Source: a bacterium
GTDB taxonomy: Bacteria; Bacillota; Negativicutes; Selenomonadales; Selenomonadaceae
DNA length: 64,000 nucleotides
Assembly: GCA_963592185.1 (NCBI GenBank)
Contig: CAVAVT010000004.1
Location: forward strand, 15-64,014
Direction of reading: 5' to 3'
This document shows, piece by piece, positions 49,027-58,867 of this stretch; within the stretch, counting starts at the first letter, position 1; each line of letters begins with the position of its first letter. The position numbers were made by a program, and so were the translations under genes. A model generated the notes under the pieces. It was not told the DNA's origin, made no database searches, and worked only from the letters and a program-made list of their open reading frames with translations.

Positions 49027-50898
49027 TTATTTATGCCATTTTAAAAGAAACGAAGAATTTATGATTACCAGTACAGAACCGGCATTATGCACCAATGCAC
49101 CAACAATCGGATTCAAAATTCCAGCTATTGCTAGGATTATAGCAATAAAATTCAATCCCATGGAAAAAGTCATATTCCACTTAATAGTGGTCATCATACG
49201 TCTGGAAAGTGCCACTAGGTGTGGTAGCTCCTCAAGGTCATCATTTACCAGTACAATGTCCGCTGCATCCACCGCAATATCGCTGCCGATTCCTCCCATT
49301 GCCATTCCCACAGTAGCACGCTTTAATGACGGAGCATCGTTTATTCCATCTCCAATCATACATACAGGACAATCCGCCTTTTCGCATTTATCGATATATT
49401 CAAGTTTATCCTCCGGCATACATTCCGCCTTGTAATTGGGTATTCCCAGTATCTTCGCTATACTGGCTGCTGCATTTTTATGATCCCCAGTCAGAAGGAC
49501 AGTATCCAGCGCAAGGGATGTGAGCTTTGAAAGCATTTTCCGGCTCCCATCTCGAACCACGTCTGACAGTGCAATATATCCGGAAAACTCCTTATCCACA
49601 GACACATAAATGACCGTGCTGCCTTGAGCATAAAAATCATCGATTTCCGGAACCTCTTTAATAAAAATATCATTTTCTGTCATAAGCTTGAGATTTCCTG
49701 CAAAAATTTTTCTGCCATTAATCTCTCCCATTACGCCACGTCCTACCAGCATTTTAAAGTTGTCGCATTTCACCATGCTCTTTTTAAGAATTTCAGCATA
49801 AGATGAGGAAATTGCCTGTCCTATGGGATGTTCTGATAACCCTTCTACCGCAGCTGTATAGGAAAAAATTTCTTCATCGGTATATTTATCTGAAATACTC
49901 TTAAATGCTGCCACACTAAGCTTTCCATAGGTCAGCGTACCTGTCTTGTCAAAAGTAACAGTCTTAACCTTCGACAGCCGCTCAAGGGCATCACCTTCAC
50001 GAACAAGAAAACCATGCTTTGTGGCATTTCCTATGGCTGCCATAATGGCTGTGGGTGTAGCCAAAACCAATGCACAGGGGCAGAAAACAACCAGTATTGT
50101 TACAGCTCTGATTATCTCCCCAGTATAAAGCCAGGTCAGTGCCGCCGCTGTGAGGGCTATTACCACAATCCAGGTGGCCCATTTATCCGCCAGCCTTACA
50201 ATTTTTGCCTTATCAGCGTCTGCAGACTGTACCAGCCTTATCATTCGCTGAATTGAGCTGTCCTCGCCAACCTTTGTAGCTTTCATCAAAAATGCGCCAA
50301 ACTGGTTGACAGTGCCACTTGAGACCTCGTCACCTTCCGATTTATCCACCGGCAGGGATTCTCCTGTCATTACAGATTGATTAATGGATGTCTGCCCGGA
50401 AATAATCAGCCCGTCCACCGGAATACTTTCCCCCGGCAGAACCCTGATAAAATCTCCCTTTTCCACCTGCTCTGCTGGAACTATTCTTTCAGTGTCATTT
50501 TCAACGATTCTTGCGGTCTGTGGCGTGAGCTTAACTAGCTTCTCTATTCCGGCTCTTGCCTTCGCTACCGTCAAATCCTCCAGCAAGGCTCCAATTTGCA
50601 TGATGAATGCAACCTCGCCAGCTGCAAAATCCTCACCTATGCAGATGGAAGCTATCAATGCCAGAGAAACTAATACATCCGCCTTAATGTCAAATTCAGT
50701 AATCAGACCAATTACAGCCTCCATGATTATAGGTACGCCGCAAAGAATAATTGCTATCCAAGCAGCATTAAATGGTAGTTCAATAATACCTGTCAGGCTT
50801 ATAAAAAGGGCTATTCCAGAAATCACAAGAAATGCAATATCCTTTTTTACTCCCCCAATTTCCATAATGCTTTCGATTTTCTCTATAAATGTATCCAT
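49027..50898 (-). CDS. Heavy-metal-translocating P1B-type ATPase without an N-terminal metal-binding domain
   Basis: 'MTGESLPV', 'CPCALVLATP', 'DKTGTLT' and 'GDGINDAP'. No CxxC/HMA domain. The ATG at 50898 follows AGGAGAAGGG. Confidence 0.9.
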   Translation of the reverse strand: MDTFIEKIESIMEIGGVKKDIAFLVISGIALFISLTGIIELPFNAAWIAIILCGVPIIMEAVIGLITEFDIKADVLVSLALIASICIGEDFAAGEVAFIMQIGALLEDLTVAKARAGIEKLVKLTPQTARIVENDTERIVPAEQVEKGDFIRVLPGESIPVDGLIISGQTSINQSVMTGESLPVDKSEGDEVSSGTVNQFGAFLMKATKVGEDSSIQRMIRLVQSADADKAKIVRLADKWATWIVVIALTAAALTWLYTGEIIRAVTILVVFCPCALVLATPTAIMAAIGNATKHGFLVREGDALERLSKVKTVTFDKTGTLTYGKLSVAAFKSISDKYTDEEIFSYTAAVEGLSEHPIGQAISSSYAEILKKSMVKCDNFKMLVGRGVMGEINGRKIFAGNLKLMTENDIFIKEVPEIDDFYAQGSTVIYVSVDKEFSGYIALSDVVRDGSRKMLSKLTSLALDTVLLTGDHKNAAASIAKILGIPNYKAECMPEDKLEYIDKCEKADCPVCMIGDGINDAPSLKRATVGMAMGGIGSDIAVDAADIVLVNDDLEELPHLVALSRRMMTTIKWNMTFSMGLNFIAIILAIAGILNPIVGALVHNAGSVLVIINSSFLLKWHK

Positions 50899-50914
50899 AT
50901 TCCCTTCTCCTTTC

Positions 50915-50965
50915 ATACCCTATAGGGTATAGGTATATAATACATATAGGGGTATAGGTTGTCAA
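50915..50965 (-). promoter_or_regulatory. ATPase promoter with CsoR-type operator
   Basis: Minus strand TTGACA (50965-50960), 17 nt, TATTAT (50942-50937). The perfect palindrome ATACCCTATAGGGTAT (50915-50930) lies just downstream of the -10. A related TATACCCCTATA sits inside the spacer. Confidence 0.55.
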
Positions 50966-51029
50966 CAAGTAAAAAAAAGCAGCCAGTACTTGAAAAAATC
51001 CAAATACTGACCGTAACCTACTATACCTG

Positions 51030-51305
51030 TTATCCCATGTTTGCGAAACGCTCCACAGCCTTTGTGAAATTTTCAATGGTCTTGTCAGCGTCACCATGCT
51101 CAATACCATCACGTACACAATGCCTGATATGGCCCTCAAGCACAACTTTGCCGCACCCGTGAAGAGCTGATTTTGCTGCATTTAGCTGCGAAAGCACATC
51201 CTCGCAGGGAACATCCTCATCAATCATCTTATCTATGGCCTGAACCTGTCCAATGATTTTTTTCAATCTTCTATGCAGATTTGCCGAATCCATGCACTGC
51301 TTCAC
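51030..51305 (-). CDS. csoR: Metal-sensing transcriptional repressor, CsoR/RcnR family (C-H-C fingerprint)
   Basis: 91 aa. Cys34, His59 and Cys63 have the 25/4 spacing characteristic of Cu(I)-CsoR. The GTG start lies 7 nt after GGAGG. Confidence 0.85.
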   Translation of the reverse strand: MKQCMDSANLHRRLKKIIGQVQAIDKMIDEDVPCEDVLSQLNAAKSALHGCGKVVLEGHIRHCVRDGIEHGDADKTIENFTKAVERFANMG

Positions 51306-51317
51306 ATTATCGCCTCC

Positions 51318-51333
51318 ATACCTTACTGGGTAT
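51318..51333 (-). promoter_or_regulatory. Second CsoR-type operator, upstream of csoR
   Basis: ATACCttactgGGTAT imperfect palindrome immediately upstream of the csoR RBS. It shares ATACC/GGTAT arms with the ATPase operator. Confidence 0.4.
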
Positions 51334-51381
51334 ATGTAATTTTAGGCTGAAAGCAATATTTTGTCAATGAACAGTACTTTA

Positions 51382-52584
51382 TCAGAACTTAACAGTAATA
51401 ATTGTTCCTTCCCCAACTATGCTGTCCACCTCCAGCTTGGCATTATGAAGCTTCGCTGCATGCTTTACGATAGACAATCCAAGTCCTGTGCCGCCCACTT
51501 CCTTGGAATGGCTTTTATCCACCCGGTAGAACCGTTCAAATATCCGCCCCTGATCCTTTTCAGGGATTCCAATGCCGGTATCTCTTACAGATACCTGTGG
51601 ATGTCCTGAATTTTCACTGACCTCAATAACCACATTTCCTTCCTTGCGATTATACTTAATTGCATTTTCACAGATATTGTAAATCATGCTGTGCAAAAGC
51701 TGCGGAATCCCATCCATCACTACCTGCTGTCCAATAAGTTCCATGGAAACCTGATTTTTCTCGGCTGCAGGTGTAAGGCTTGTAATTACCCCTTCGGCAA
51801 TCTGATAAAGATTAACCTTGGCCTTCGTAGTATTTTCCTTGCCCTCATCAAGCCTTGAAAGCACGATAATATCCTGAACCAACCTTATCATACGCTGAGC
51901 TTCACTGTATATTTTTTCAGCAAAAACTGAAATATCATCAGGCTGTACAATGCCGTTCTTCAGAAGTTCCGCATAGCCGGATATGGAATGCAGCGGTGTC
52001 TTAAGCTCATGGGACACATTGGCCGTAAATTCCCGGCGCATTGCCTCGCTTTCCTCCTGATTTGCTTTCTTTGTTTCCTTTGCTGAAATAACCACAGAAA
52101 TAACAATTACCACCAGAAGAATAATTCCTATTGGAATGCCAACATCCCAGATAACCCTTAAAACCGTATGCTGTGGCATACTGACCCTAAGCACAGAGCC
52201 GTCCTCTAGCCTTTGGGCGGAATACAGCATTCTGGTCATCATTGTTCCTGAGTAGCGCTGGCTCTCTCCATAGCCGTAATTAACGGCCTGTCGGACCTCT
52301 TCGCGGGCCATATGATTTTCCATTTCCCCGCTGTCCGCATCACTATCATATAAAATATTTCCCTTGCTGCTAATCCAGGTTATACGGTAATTTCCCTTTG
52401 AAAGTTCCTCCAAGTAACTTTTGCCCTGACTGATTACCGCAAGCCCCGTCATTTCCGTTTCTGTCCTTAGCTGCTGCCTCTGAACCCCGGCGAAATAACT
52501 GTACATCGTAACCATAATCAAAGCACTGGCCGCAATAAAAGCCACCAGTGCTGTTGTCACAATGACGAAATATCTGTTATGCAT
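51382..52584 (-). CDS. Sensor histidine kinase (PhoR-like by context)
   Basis: Two TM segments flank a periplasmic domain of about 130 aa. H-box 'SHELKTPL'. HATPase 'DTGIGIP' and 'GTGLGLSIVK'. The ATG at 52584 overlaps the regulator stop by 8 nt. Confidence 0.85.
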   Translation of the reverse strand: MHNRYFVIVTTALVAFIAASALIMVTMYSYFAGVQRQQLRTETEMTGLAVISQGKSYLEELSKGNYRITWISSKGNILYDSDADSGEMENHMAREEVRQAVNYGYGESQRYSGTMMTRMLYSAQRLEDGSVLRVSMPQHTVLRVIWDVGIPIGIILLVVIVISVVISAKETKKANQEESEAMRREFTANVSHELKTPLHSISGYAELLKNGIVQPDDISVFAEKIYSEAQRMIRLVQDIIVLSRLDEGKENTTKAKVNLYQIAEGVITSLTPAAEKNQVSMELIGQQVVMDGIPQLLHSMIYNICENAIKYNRKEGNVVIEVSENSGHPQVSVRDTGIGIPEKDQGRIFERFYRVDKSHSKEVGGTGLGLSIVKHAAKLHNAKLEVDSIVGEGTIITVKF

Positions 52585-53263
52585 GTGGAACCTCCAAACG
52601 GTATCCCACACTCCTTACGGTTTTTATGGCCTTTCCCCATTCTCCCAGACGTGTTCTAAGACTGCTGATATGTACGTCAACAGTACGGGTTTCCCCCATG
52701 TAATCCATATCCCACACATTGGAAAGGAGTTTTTCCCTAGTGAAAACAATGCCTGGATTCTCAGCAAACAGCCTTAGCATCTCAAATTCCTTAAGCGGCA
52801 TTTCCACTTCTCTGCCTTCCACCGTCACAATGTGCTGATTCAAATTAATGGCAACATTACCGAAGGTCAGAATTCCATCCTTTGTTTCAGCTGCATCTTC
52901 CTGAGTTCGCCTCAGCACCGCCCTGATTCTTGACACCATTTCCATCATGCCGAAGGGTTTTGCCAGATAATCGTCAGCCCCAGAGTCAAGACCCATTACT
53001 TTGTCATACTCAGTGCCCTTTGCTGTAGCCATAATCACAGGGATTTTCTTTGTATCTGAATTGGTCCTGAGCCTTTTTAAAATGCTCATGCCATCCTCCC
53101 CGGGAAGCATTATATCCAGCATAATAAGATCTGGCTTTTTCCCTTCCATGGCAAGCCAGAATTCAGTAGAATCCGGAAACCCCTTGCCCTCGAAGCCTGA
53201 AGCCTTCAAAGTGTACAGCATCAATTCCCTAATGCTGTCATCATCCTCTACACAATAAATCAT
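52577..53263 (-). CDS. OmpR/PhoB-family response regulator (PhoP-like by context)
   Basis: Receiver domain (DD..., 'IMLDIMLPGEDG') plus winged helix 'VDVHISSLRTRL'. The ATG at 53263 lies 6 nt after GGAGGTG. Confidence 0.9.
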   Translation of the reverse strand: MIYCVEDDDSIRELMLYTLKASGFEGKGFPDSTEFWLAMEGKKPDLIMLDIMLPGEDGMSILKRLRTNSDTKKIPVIMATAKGTEYDKVMGLDSGADDYLAKPFGMMEMVSRIRAVLRRTQEDAAETKDGILTFGNVAINLNQHIVTVEGREVEMPLKEFEMLRLFAENPGIVFTREKLLSNVWDMDYMGETRTVDVHISSLRTRLGEWGKAIKTVRSVGYRLEVPHA

Positions 53264-53330
53264 CAGCGCCACCTCCGCCTAAAATCTCCCTTGCTTGCAG
53301 TGTAACACCTCAGCATTTAAAAGACAAATT

Positions 53331-55439
53331 TTATTGATTCTGCCGATGATTTGTATAGTATTCCTGAGCATTAATCAGCTCATCCCCGGGCTGAATCTGC
53401 GGCATATAGTAATCCCCATCCGCATCAATATTTCTTGCCTTGGTATTATCAGCCAGTTGCAGCTGAAGCATGTCCAGAATCTCCTGCTTTAATGCAGAAT
53501 CCTGTATAGGAGCTGCCACTTCCACACGATTTTCGGTGTTGCGTGTCATCCAGTCAGCTGACGCAATATACATGACCATTTCTTCATCTTTTCCAAAACA
53601 GAATACCCTTGGATGCTCCAAAAATCTTCCAACTATGCTGCGTATATGGATATTGTCAGTAAGTCCCGGTCTCTCCGGCACCAGACAGGTAATACCCCGG
53701 ACAATCATATCCACCCGGACACCAGCCTGACCAGCATTATACAGCGCATCAATCATCTCACGGTCAGTCAGGGAGTTCATCTTGAGAAGAATGTATCCTT
53801 CCTGTCCGTTTTCAGCCTTTGTAATTTCTCCCTGTATAAGTGCCAGGAGCTGCTTCTTAAGATTTACCGGTGCCACCAGCAGTTTCTGGTATTCTCCCCA
53901 GAGATTGCCGATTCCCATGTTTCTAAAAAACATTGCTCCGTCCCGTCCTATGGTATCATCAGCTGTCAGCAAGGCAAAATCCGTATAAAGCTTTGCTGTT
54001 TTTGCATTAAAATTACCAGTTCCCACATGGGTAATATATTTAATTCCCTTTTCCTCAGACACACGGTATGTTATCTGACAAAGCTTGGCATGAACCTTAT
54101 AACGCTCAAATCCATAAAGAATCTTGCATCCGGCTTCTCTGAGGCCGTTTACCCAGCTAATATTATTTTCCTCGTCAAAACGTGCCTTAAGCTCCAGAAG
54201 CACAGTTACATCCTTGCCGGACTCCGCCGCTACCATAAGATAGTTCATCAGCTTTACATGGCCCTTGCCAACTCTGTATATGGTAATGCGGATGGAAAGC
54301 ACCTTGGGATTATACACCGCTTCCTTCAAAAGTCTCAGCAATATTCCAAAATCATCATATGGATATCTAAGCAGAATATCCCTCTGCTTAACCAATTCCA
54401 AAAGGCTGTCTTCCTCATCCAGCCCAAATTTTTCTTTTGCATCAATAGGTGTATAGGGCGCATAATACAGTTCCTGTTTCAACGTCTCAGTCATATTGCT
54501 TTCAAGACCATAGACATAGTCCAAAGTAAGTGGAACTGACGTGGAAAAAATCTGATTCTTGCTGATTCCATACCTTTCCATCAGGTAGCTGGCAATAATT
54601 GACTTTCCCTGGCTGCGTATCTCAAGCCTTACCGGAGTCAGATGACGGCGCTTTTTAATGGCACTCTTCATAGCCTCCAAATAATCACTGTCATCCAATT
54701 CCTCATCGTCCAGATTTATTTCGGCACTGCGGGTAATTGCAAATACCGCCTTATCCAGCACTGGATAACCCACAAATATCTGGTCCACAAACTCCTCAAT
54801 GATATCCTCCAACAGTACAAACTCTGTTTTTTCCTTAGAAAGATAGTTGACCCTGTCCAAGCCATCCGGAAGTGGTATGATGCCGAAAATCATCTTTTTC
54901 TTACCCTTCAGAATGGCTGAGATATAAAGTTTCTTGCTGTCAAGATGTGGAAAGGGGTGATGCTTGTCTATAATCTGGGGTGACAGCACAGGAAGTATGC
55001 ACTCCTGGAACATTTCCTCCAGCTGGGAATGCTGCTTGGAGGATAAATCATGGATGTTCACATGTCCTATGCCCTTTTCCTTAAGCTGGCTGCACAGCTG
55101 ATTGAAAATCATATCCCTCTCTACATAAAGCTCCCGTGTTTTATCAAAAATAGCCCGAAGCTGCTCCCCTGCGGTCATATTGCTCTTATTATCCCTTTTT
55201 TCAGGCTTTACAGCCTCCAATCCCAGCAGACTGCCCACCCGGACCATATAAAATTCATCAAGATTGCTGGTGAAAATTTCGACAAATTTCATTCTCTCAA
55301 AAAGAGGAACCGTAGTATCATTTGCCTCTTCTAAAACTCTTTTGTTAAATTTCAGCCAGGACAGCTCCCTGTTCTGGGTATATCCTGTCACAGGGCGTAC
55401 TTCATCTATTGTATTCACTATATCTATTTTTTCACTCAC
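53331..55439 (-). CDS. ppk: Polyphosphate kinase 1
   Basis: 'NRELSWLKFNKRVLEEA' N-terminus with PPK1 middle and C-terminal domains. The GTG at 55439 lies 9 nt after AGGAGG and overlaps the ppx stop by 8 nt. The raw ORF extension into ppx is rejected. Confidence 0.9.
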   Translation of the reverse strand: MSEKIDIVNTIDEVRPVTGYTQNRELSWLKFNKRVLEEANDTTVPLFERMKFVEIFTSNLDEFYMVRVGSLLGLEAVKPEKRDNKSNMTAGEQLRAIFDKTRELYVERDMIFNQLCSQLKEKGIGHVNIHDLSSKQHSQLEEMFQECILPVLSPQIIDKHHPFPHLDSKKLYISAILKGKKKMIFGIIPLPDGLDRVNYLSKEKTEFVLLEDIIEEFVDQIFVGYPVLDKAVFAITRSAEINLDDEELDDSDYLEAMKSAIKKRRHLTPVRLEIRSQGKSIIASYLMERYGISKNQIFSTSVPLTLDYVYGLESNMTETLKQELYYAPYTPIDAKEKFGLDEEDSLLELVKQRDILLRYPYDDFGILLRLLKEAVYNPKVLSIRITIYRVGKGHVKLMNYLMVAAESGKDVTVLLELKARFDEENNISWVNGLREAGCKILYGFERYKVHAKLCQITYRVSEEKGIKYITHVGTGNFNAKTAKLYTDFALLTADDTIGRDGAMFFRNMGIGNLWGEYQKLLVAPVNLKKQLLALIQGEITKAENGQEGYILLKMNSLTDREMIDALYNAGQAGVRVDMIVRGITCLVPERPGLTDNIHIRSIVGRFLEHPRVFCFGKDEEMVMYIASADWMTRNTENRVEVAAPIQDSALKQEILDMLQLQLADNTKARNIDADGDYYMPQIQPGDELINAQEYYTNHRQNQ

Positions 55440-56451
55440 GACCCTCATCCTCCTGACATTTTCCTGGCTCTTCAGACTCTGTACCCTCTTCCAGAAACTC
55501 AGGATTTTCCTCTTCATGTACATTTTCATCTGTCTTATCATCCTTAAGCACATAATTATACATAAAGCCTTCTCTGACACCTGTATTAGTGACAATTACA
55601 GCCTCACTTTTAAACCGCTTGGCTATGGCATAAAGAATGATTAATCCCGGCAGAATTGTCCGTGTACGCTCAGGTACAACATCCATCAAGGTATTCAAAT
55701 TTTTGACCAGCTTGTCTTTGCTGCTTTTATTCTCCAAAGTCTTAATCATGTATCCAATGTGGGAAACAGGAAGTATATTTTCCGCTGAATCTTCCCCAAA
55801 CAGGAGCTTGTCCAATTTCAATGCCGCTCTGGCGGTTCCGCCTACGCCGCAGATTAATTTGTATTTGTTGTCCCTTTCAAAACCCTTCAGGCCATCCAGC
55901 CGTGACATAAAATCCTGCTTTATAGCCTTCCGCTCTTCCTTTGTAGGAATTATGCTGCTTACATACTGATTGTAGCTGTTCAGAGAGCCCTTAGGTATAC
56001 TGATGGCATTCATCACCAATCGTCCCTTGTAGGAAACCAGCTCCGTACTTCCTCCGCCAATATCCACAAGCAGTCCCTTTTTCACATTGCTGGCAATGGT
56101 TGCACCCTGGAAGTCAAGCTCCGCTTCTTCACGACCGGACAACACCTGTATATCTATTCCTGTACGGCTAGTGATTGCTGCAATTGCTTCCTGGCTGTTC
56201 TTTACATTTCTAAGTGCTGCTGTAGCAAATACATGCATTTCATAAATATTCAGGTTATGCAGTATATCCTGGAATTCCAGAAGTACATTAATCACACGCT
56301 CAATACCAGCATCTGTCATTTTCTTGTCTTTTACATAGGAAGCCAGCCCTACAGTTTCTTTTTTGCTGAACAAAAGTTTCAGCCGGTCATACTTTACATC
56401 ATACACATTCATACGTACTGTGTTTGAGCCTACATCCACAATGGTATACAT
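55432..56451 (-). CDS. ppx: Ppx/GppA-family exopolyphosphatase
   Basis: ASKHA-fold motifs 'DVGSNTVRM' and 'DIGGGSTEL'. Confidence 0.85.
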   Translation of the reverse strand: MYTIVDVGSNTVRMNVYDVKYDRLKLLFSKKETVGLASYVKDKKMTDAGIERVINVLLEFQDILHNLNIYEMHVFATAALRNVKNSQEAIAAITSRTGIDIQVLSGREEAELDFQGATIASNVKKGLLVDIGGGSTELVSYKGRLVMNAISIPKGSLNSYNQYVSSIIPTKEERKAIKQDFMSRLDGLKGFERDNKYKLICGVGGTARAALKLDKLLFGEDSAENILPVSHIGYMIKTLENKSSKDKLVKNLNTLMDVVPERTRTILPGLIILYAIAKRFKSEAVIVTNTGVREGFMYNYVLKDDKTDENVHEEENPEFLEEGTESEEPGKCQEDEGRE

Positions 56452-56477
56452 AAGAAACCCTCCATTTTGTCGTTATT

Positions 56478-56527
56478 TAAAAAATCTCCCCTCCAATGCA
56501 TTAATGCACTGGATAGGAGATTTTTAC
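56478..56527 (-). terminator. Terminator after phoU (long imperfect hairpin)
   Basis: ATCTCC..TCC..TGCAT / ATGCA..GGA..GGAGAT, flanked by an A-run and a T-run. Confidence 0.7.
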
Positions 56528-56555
56528 CATATATACCTATCGAAAATTCGATATT

Positions 56556-57200
56556 TTACTCTACAATTTCAATTTCGCCGGTAATAGAGAATTTTACCCA
56601 GCGTGCAATGTTCACAGCATGATCGCCAATACGTTCAAAATATTTATCAATCATGAGCATATCCACAAAGCACTCCGCATCATTGTCAGATTTCAGCTTT
56701 TCAATAAGCTTTTCACGGATATCGCAGAAAAGCTTGTCAACAATATCATCGTACTTGATAACCTCATCTGCCTGCTCAATGTCTTTGTTCTCAAATGCGT
56801 CCAATGCCATATGTACCATGTGCTTTACCTCATCGGAAAGCTCCTGAAAATCCACCTTATCGGCAGCTCTTACAGCGTTTCCAGCTCCGATAAGCTCAGC
56901 GATTTCGCAGGCCTGAATACCGATACGGTCCATATCTGTTACCATTTTAAGCGCTGAAGAAATGGTTCTAAGGTCACGTGCTACAGGCTGCTGCTGCATC
57001 AAAAGCTTAAGACAGATGTTCTCAACCACACGCTCCTGCTGGCTTATCTGGCTCATCATATTGTTCATGGAACGGGCCGCTGCCACATCACTTTCCATAA
57101 GGGCTTCAATGGTCCGCTGGATTGTATCCTGACACAGCCCTCCCATATAAATCATTTCTGTTTTTAACAGCTCCAGCTGCTGGTCAAAATGCGATCTCAT
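56556..57200 (-). CDS. phoU: Phosphate signaling complex protein PhoU
   Basis: Two PhoU repeats, including 'ERIGDHAVNIA'. Its start abuts the pstB stop. Confidence 0.9.
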   Translation of the reverse strand: MRSHFDQQLELLKTEMIYMGGLCQDTIQRTIEALMESDVAAARSMNNMMSQISQQERVVENICLKLLMQQQPVARDLRTISSALKMVTDMDRIGIQACEIAELIGAGNAVRAADKVDFQELSDEVKHMVHMALDAFENKDIEQADEVIKYDDIVDKLFCDIREKLIEKLKSDNDAECFVDMLMIDKYFERIGDHAVNIARWVKFSITGEIEIVE

Positions 57201-57967
57201 CAGCCAAACCTCCCTGTAATATAATCCTCAGTTCTCTTATCCTCCGGCATAGAGAACATTTTGTCAGTCTTGCTGAATTCCACCAGGTCGCCCAGAAGGA
57301 AGAACGCACAATAATCCGAAACACGGACCGCCTGCTGCATATTGTGAGTAACCATTACTACAGTGTATTTTTTCTTCAGCTCCACAGCCAGTTCCTCAAT
57401 TTTGCCGGTGGAAATAGGATCCAATGCGGAGGTTGACTCATCCATGAGAAGAATGTCCGGCTCTACCGCCAATGCCCTTGCAATACAGAGACGTTGCTGC
57501 TGTCCGCCGGACATTCCCAGTGCTGAAGCATTGAGCCTGTCCTTAACCTCGTCCCAGATAGCCGCATCCTTCAAGGATTTTTCCACAATCTGATCAAGCT
57601 TTACCTTGGAAGTGATTCCATGGGTTCTTGGTCCATATGCAATATTGTCATAAATACTCATGGGGAAGGGATTAGCCTTCTGAAACACCATGCCAACACG
57701 TTTTCTGAGCCAGGTTACATCAACCTTTGGTGCATAGATATTTTCACCGTTATAAATAATATTTCCGGTAATCTTTACATTTTCCACCAAATCATTCATT
57801 CGGTTCAGGGTCTTTAAAAATGTGGACTTGCCACAGCCTGAAGGGCCAATCAATGCGGTAATCTGATTCTGGGGAATATCTACATTGATATCATGAAGGG
57901 CATGATGGTCACCATACCACAAGTTTAAATCCTTAACCTTCATTATTGTATCCATACTATACTCCAT
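57200..57967 (-). CDS. pstB: Phosphate ABC transporter ATP-binding protein PstB
   Basis: Walker A 'GPSGCGKST', signature 'MSGGQQQRL' and the PstB-typical C-terminus '[10 protein letters not shown]'. Confidence 0.95.
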   Translation of the reverse strand: MEYSMDTIMKVKDLNLWYGDHHALHDINVDIPQNQITALIGPSGCGKSTFLKTLNRMNDLVENVKITGNIIYNGENIYAPKVDVTWLRKRVGMVFQKANPFPMSIYDNIAYGPRTHGITSKVKLDQIVEKSLKDAAIWDEVKDRLNASALGMSGGQQQRLCIARALAVEPDILLMDESTSALDPISTGKIEELAVELKKKYTVVMVTHNMQQAVRVSDYCAFFLLGDLVEFSKTDKMFSMPEDKRTEDYITGRFG

Positions 57968-57979
57968 TCATTCCATATC

Positions 57980-58867
57980 TTAGTTTTTCAATTTCTTTGC
58001 GGCAAAATTAGCAGCAAAGTTCAATAACAGGGTAAGCACCATAAGAATAACCGCTATAGCGAAGGCAACATTTGTTTCTCCACGCTCGCTGGCATACACA
58101 TATAGCGCCACTGTCAAGGTTGCTGAAGATGACTGCAGTGCGGTGAAGAAATCGTTCAGCACCAGACCAAAGCCTGCAGTGAAAAGCAATGCTGCGGATT
58201 CGCCTACGATTCTGCCGATGGAAAGGATACATCCTGTAACAATACCATCAATGGCATTTGGAAGTACTACGGTCCTTACCATATGCCATTTGCTGGAACC
58301 CATTGCAAGTGAACCCTCACGATAAGCATTAGGTACAGTCTTGAGACTTTCCTGGGTGGTACGGATAATAACAGGAAGAACCATCATTACCAGTGTAAGA
58401 CCACCGGCAAGAATACCCTGTTTCAGTCCAAACATTTCTGAAAAAAGAACCAGACCTGCAAGACCAAAGATAATTGAAGGGATACCTGTCAAAGCCTCAG
58501 AGGCAAACTCTATAATATTTACCAGCTTTTTATTGCTGGCATATTCTGTAAGATAAATAGCTGCGCCGGTTCCCAGCGGCAATACAATAAGCATTGCTAC
58601 CAAAATGATATACAGTGTGTTCAAGAGGTTTGGAAGTATACCTACTGTCTTACGAACATAACTGCTCTGAGTAGTCAGCAGTTCCCAGGAAAGATATGGC
58701 ACGCCTCTGTAGAATATGTACCCAATTAGGAAAGCCAGCAACAGACAGGTCAGAATCGCACTGCCCCAGATAAGTCCTCTTGCAGCCTTATTCCAAATCA
58801 TACGCTTGTTGGATATACGCACCGAAGCTGTTTTTGGAGCCTCAACAACATTTTCAACTTCAACCAT
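57980..58867 (-). CDS. pstA: Phosphate ABC transporter permease PstA
   Basis: 6-TM permease with the EAA-like loop 'REGSLAMGSSKW'. Confidence 0.9.
   Translation of the reverse strand: MVEVENVVEAPKTASVRISNKRMIWNKAARGLIWGSAILTCLLLAFLIGYIFYRGVPYLSWELLTTQSSYVRKTVGILPNLLNTLYIILVAMLIVLPLGTGAAIYLTEYASNKKLVNIIEFASEALTGIPSIIFGLAGLVLFSEMFGLKQGILAGGLTLVMMVLPVIIRTTQESLKTVPNAYREGSLAMGSSKWHMVRTVVLPNAIDGIVTGCILSIGRIVGESAALLFTAGFGLVLNDFFTALQSSSATLTVALYVYASERGETNVAFAIAVILMVLTLLLNFAANFAAKKLKN

Noticed and set aside
55440-55595. An upstream extension of the ppk ORF running 160 nt into ppx.
   Set aside because: The conserved PPK1 N-terminus starts after the GTG at 55439, which has AGGAGG at ideal spacing. The extension would be translated out of frame over the ppx C-terminus.
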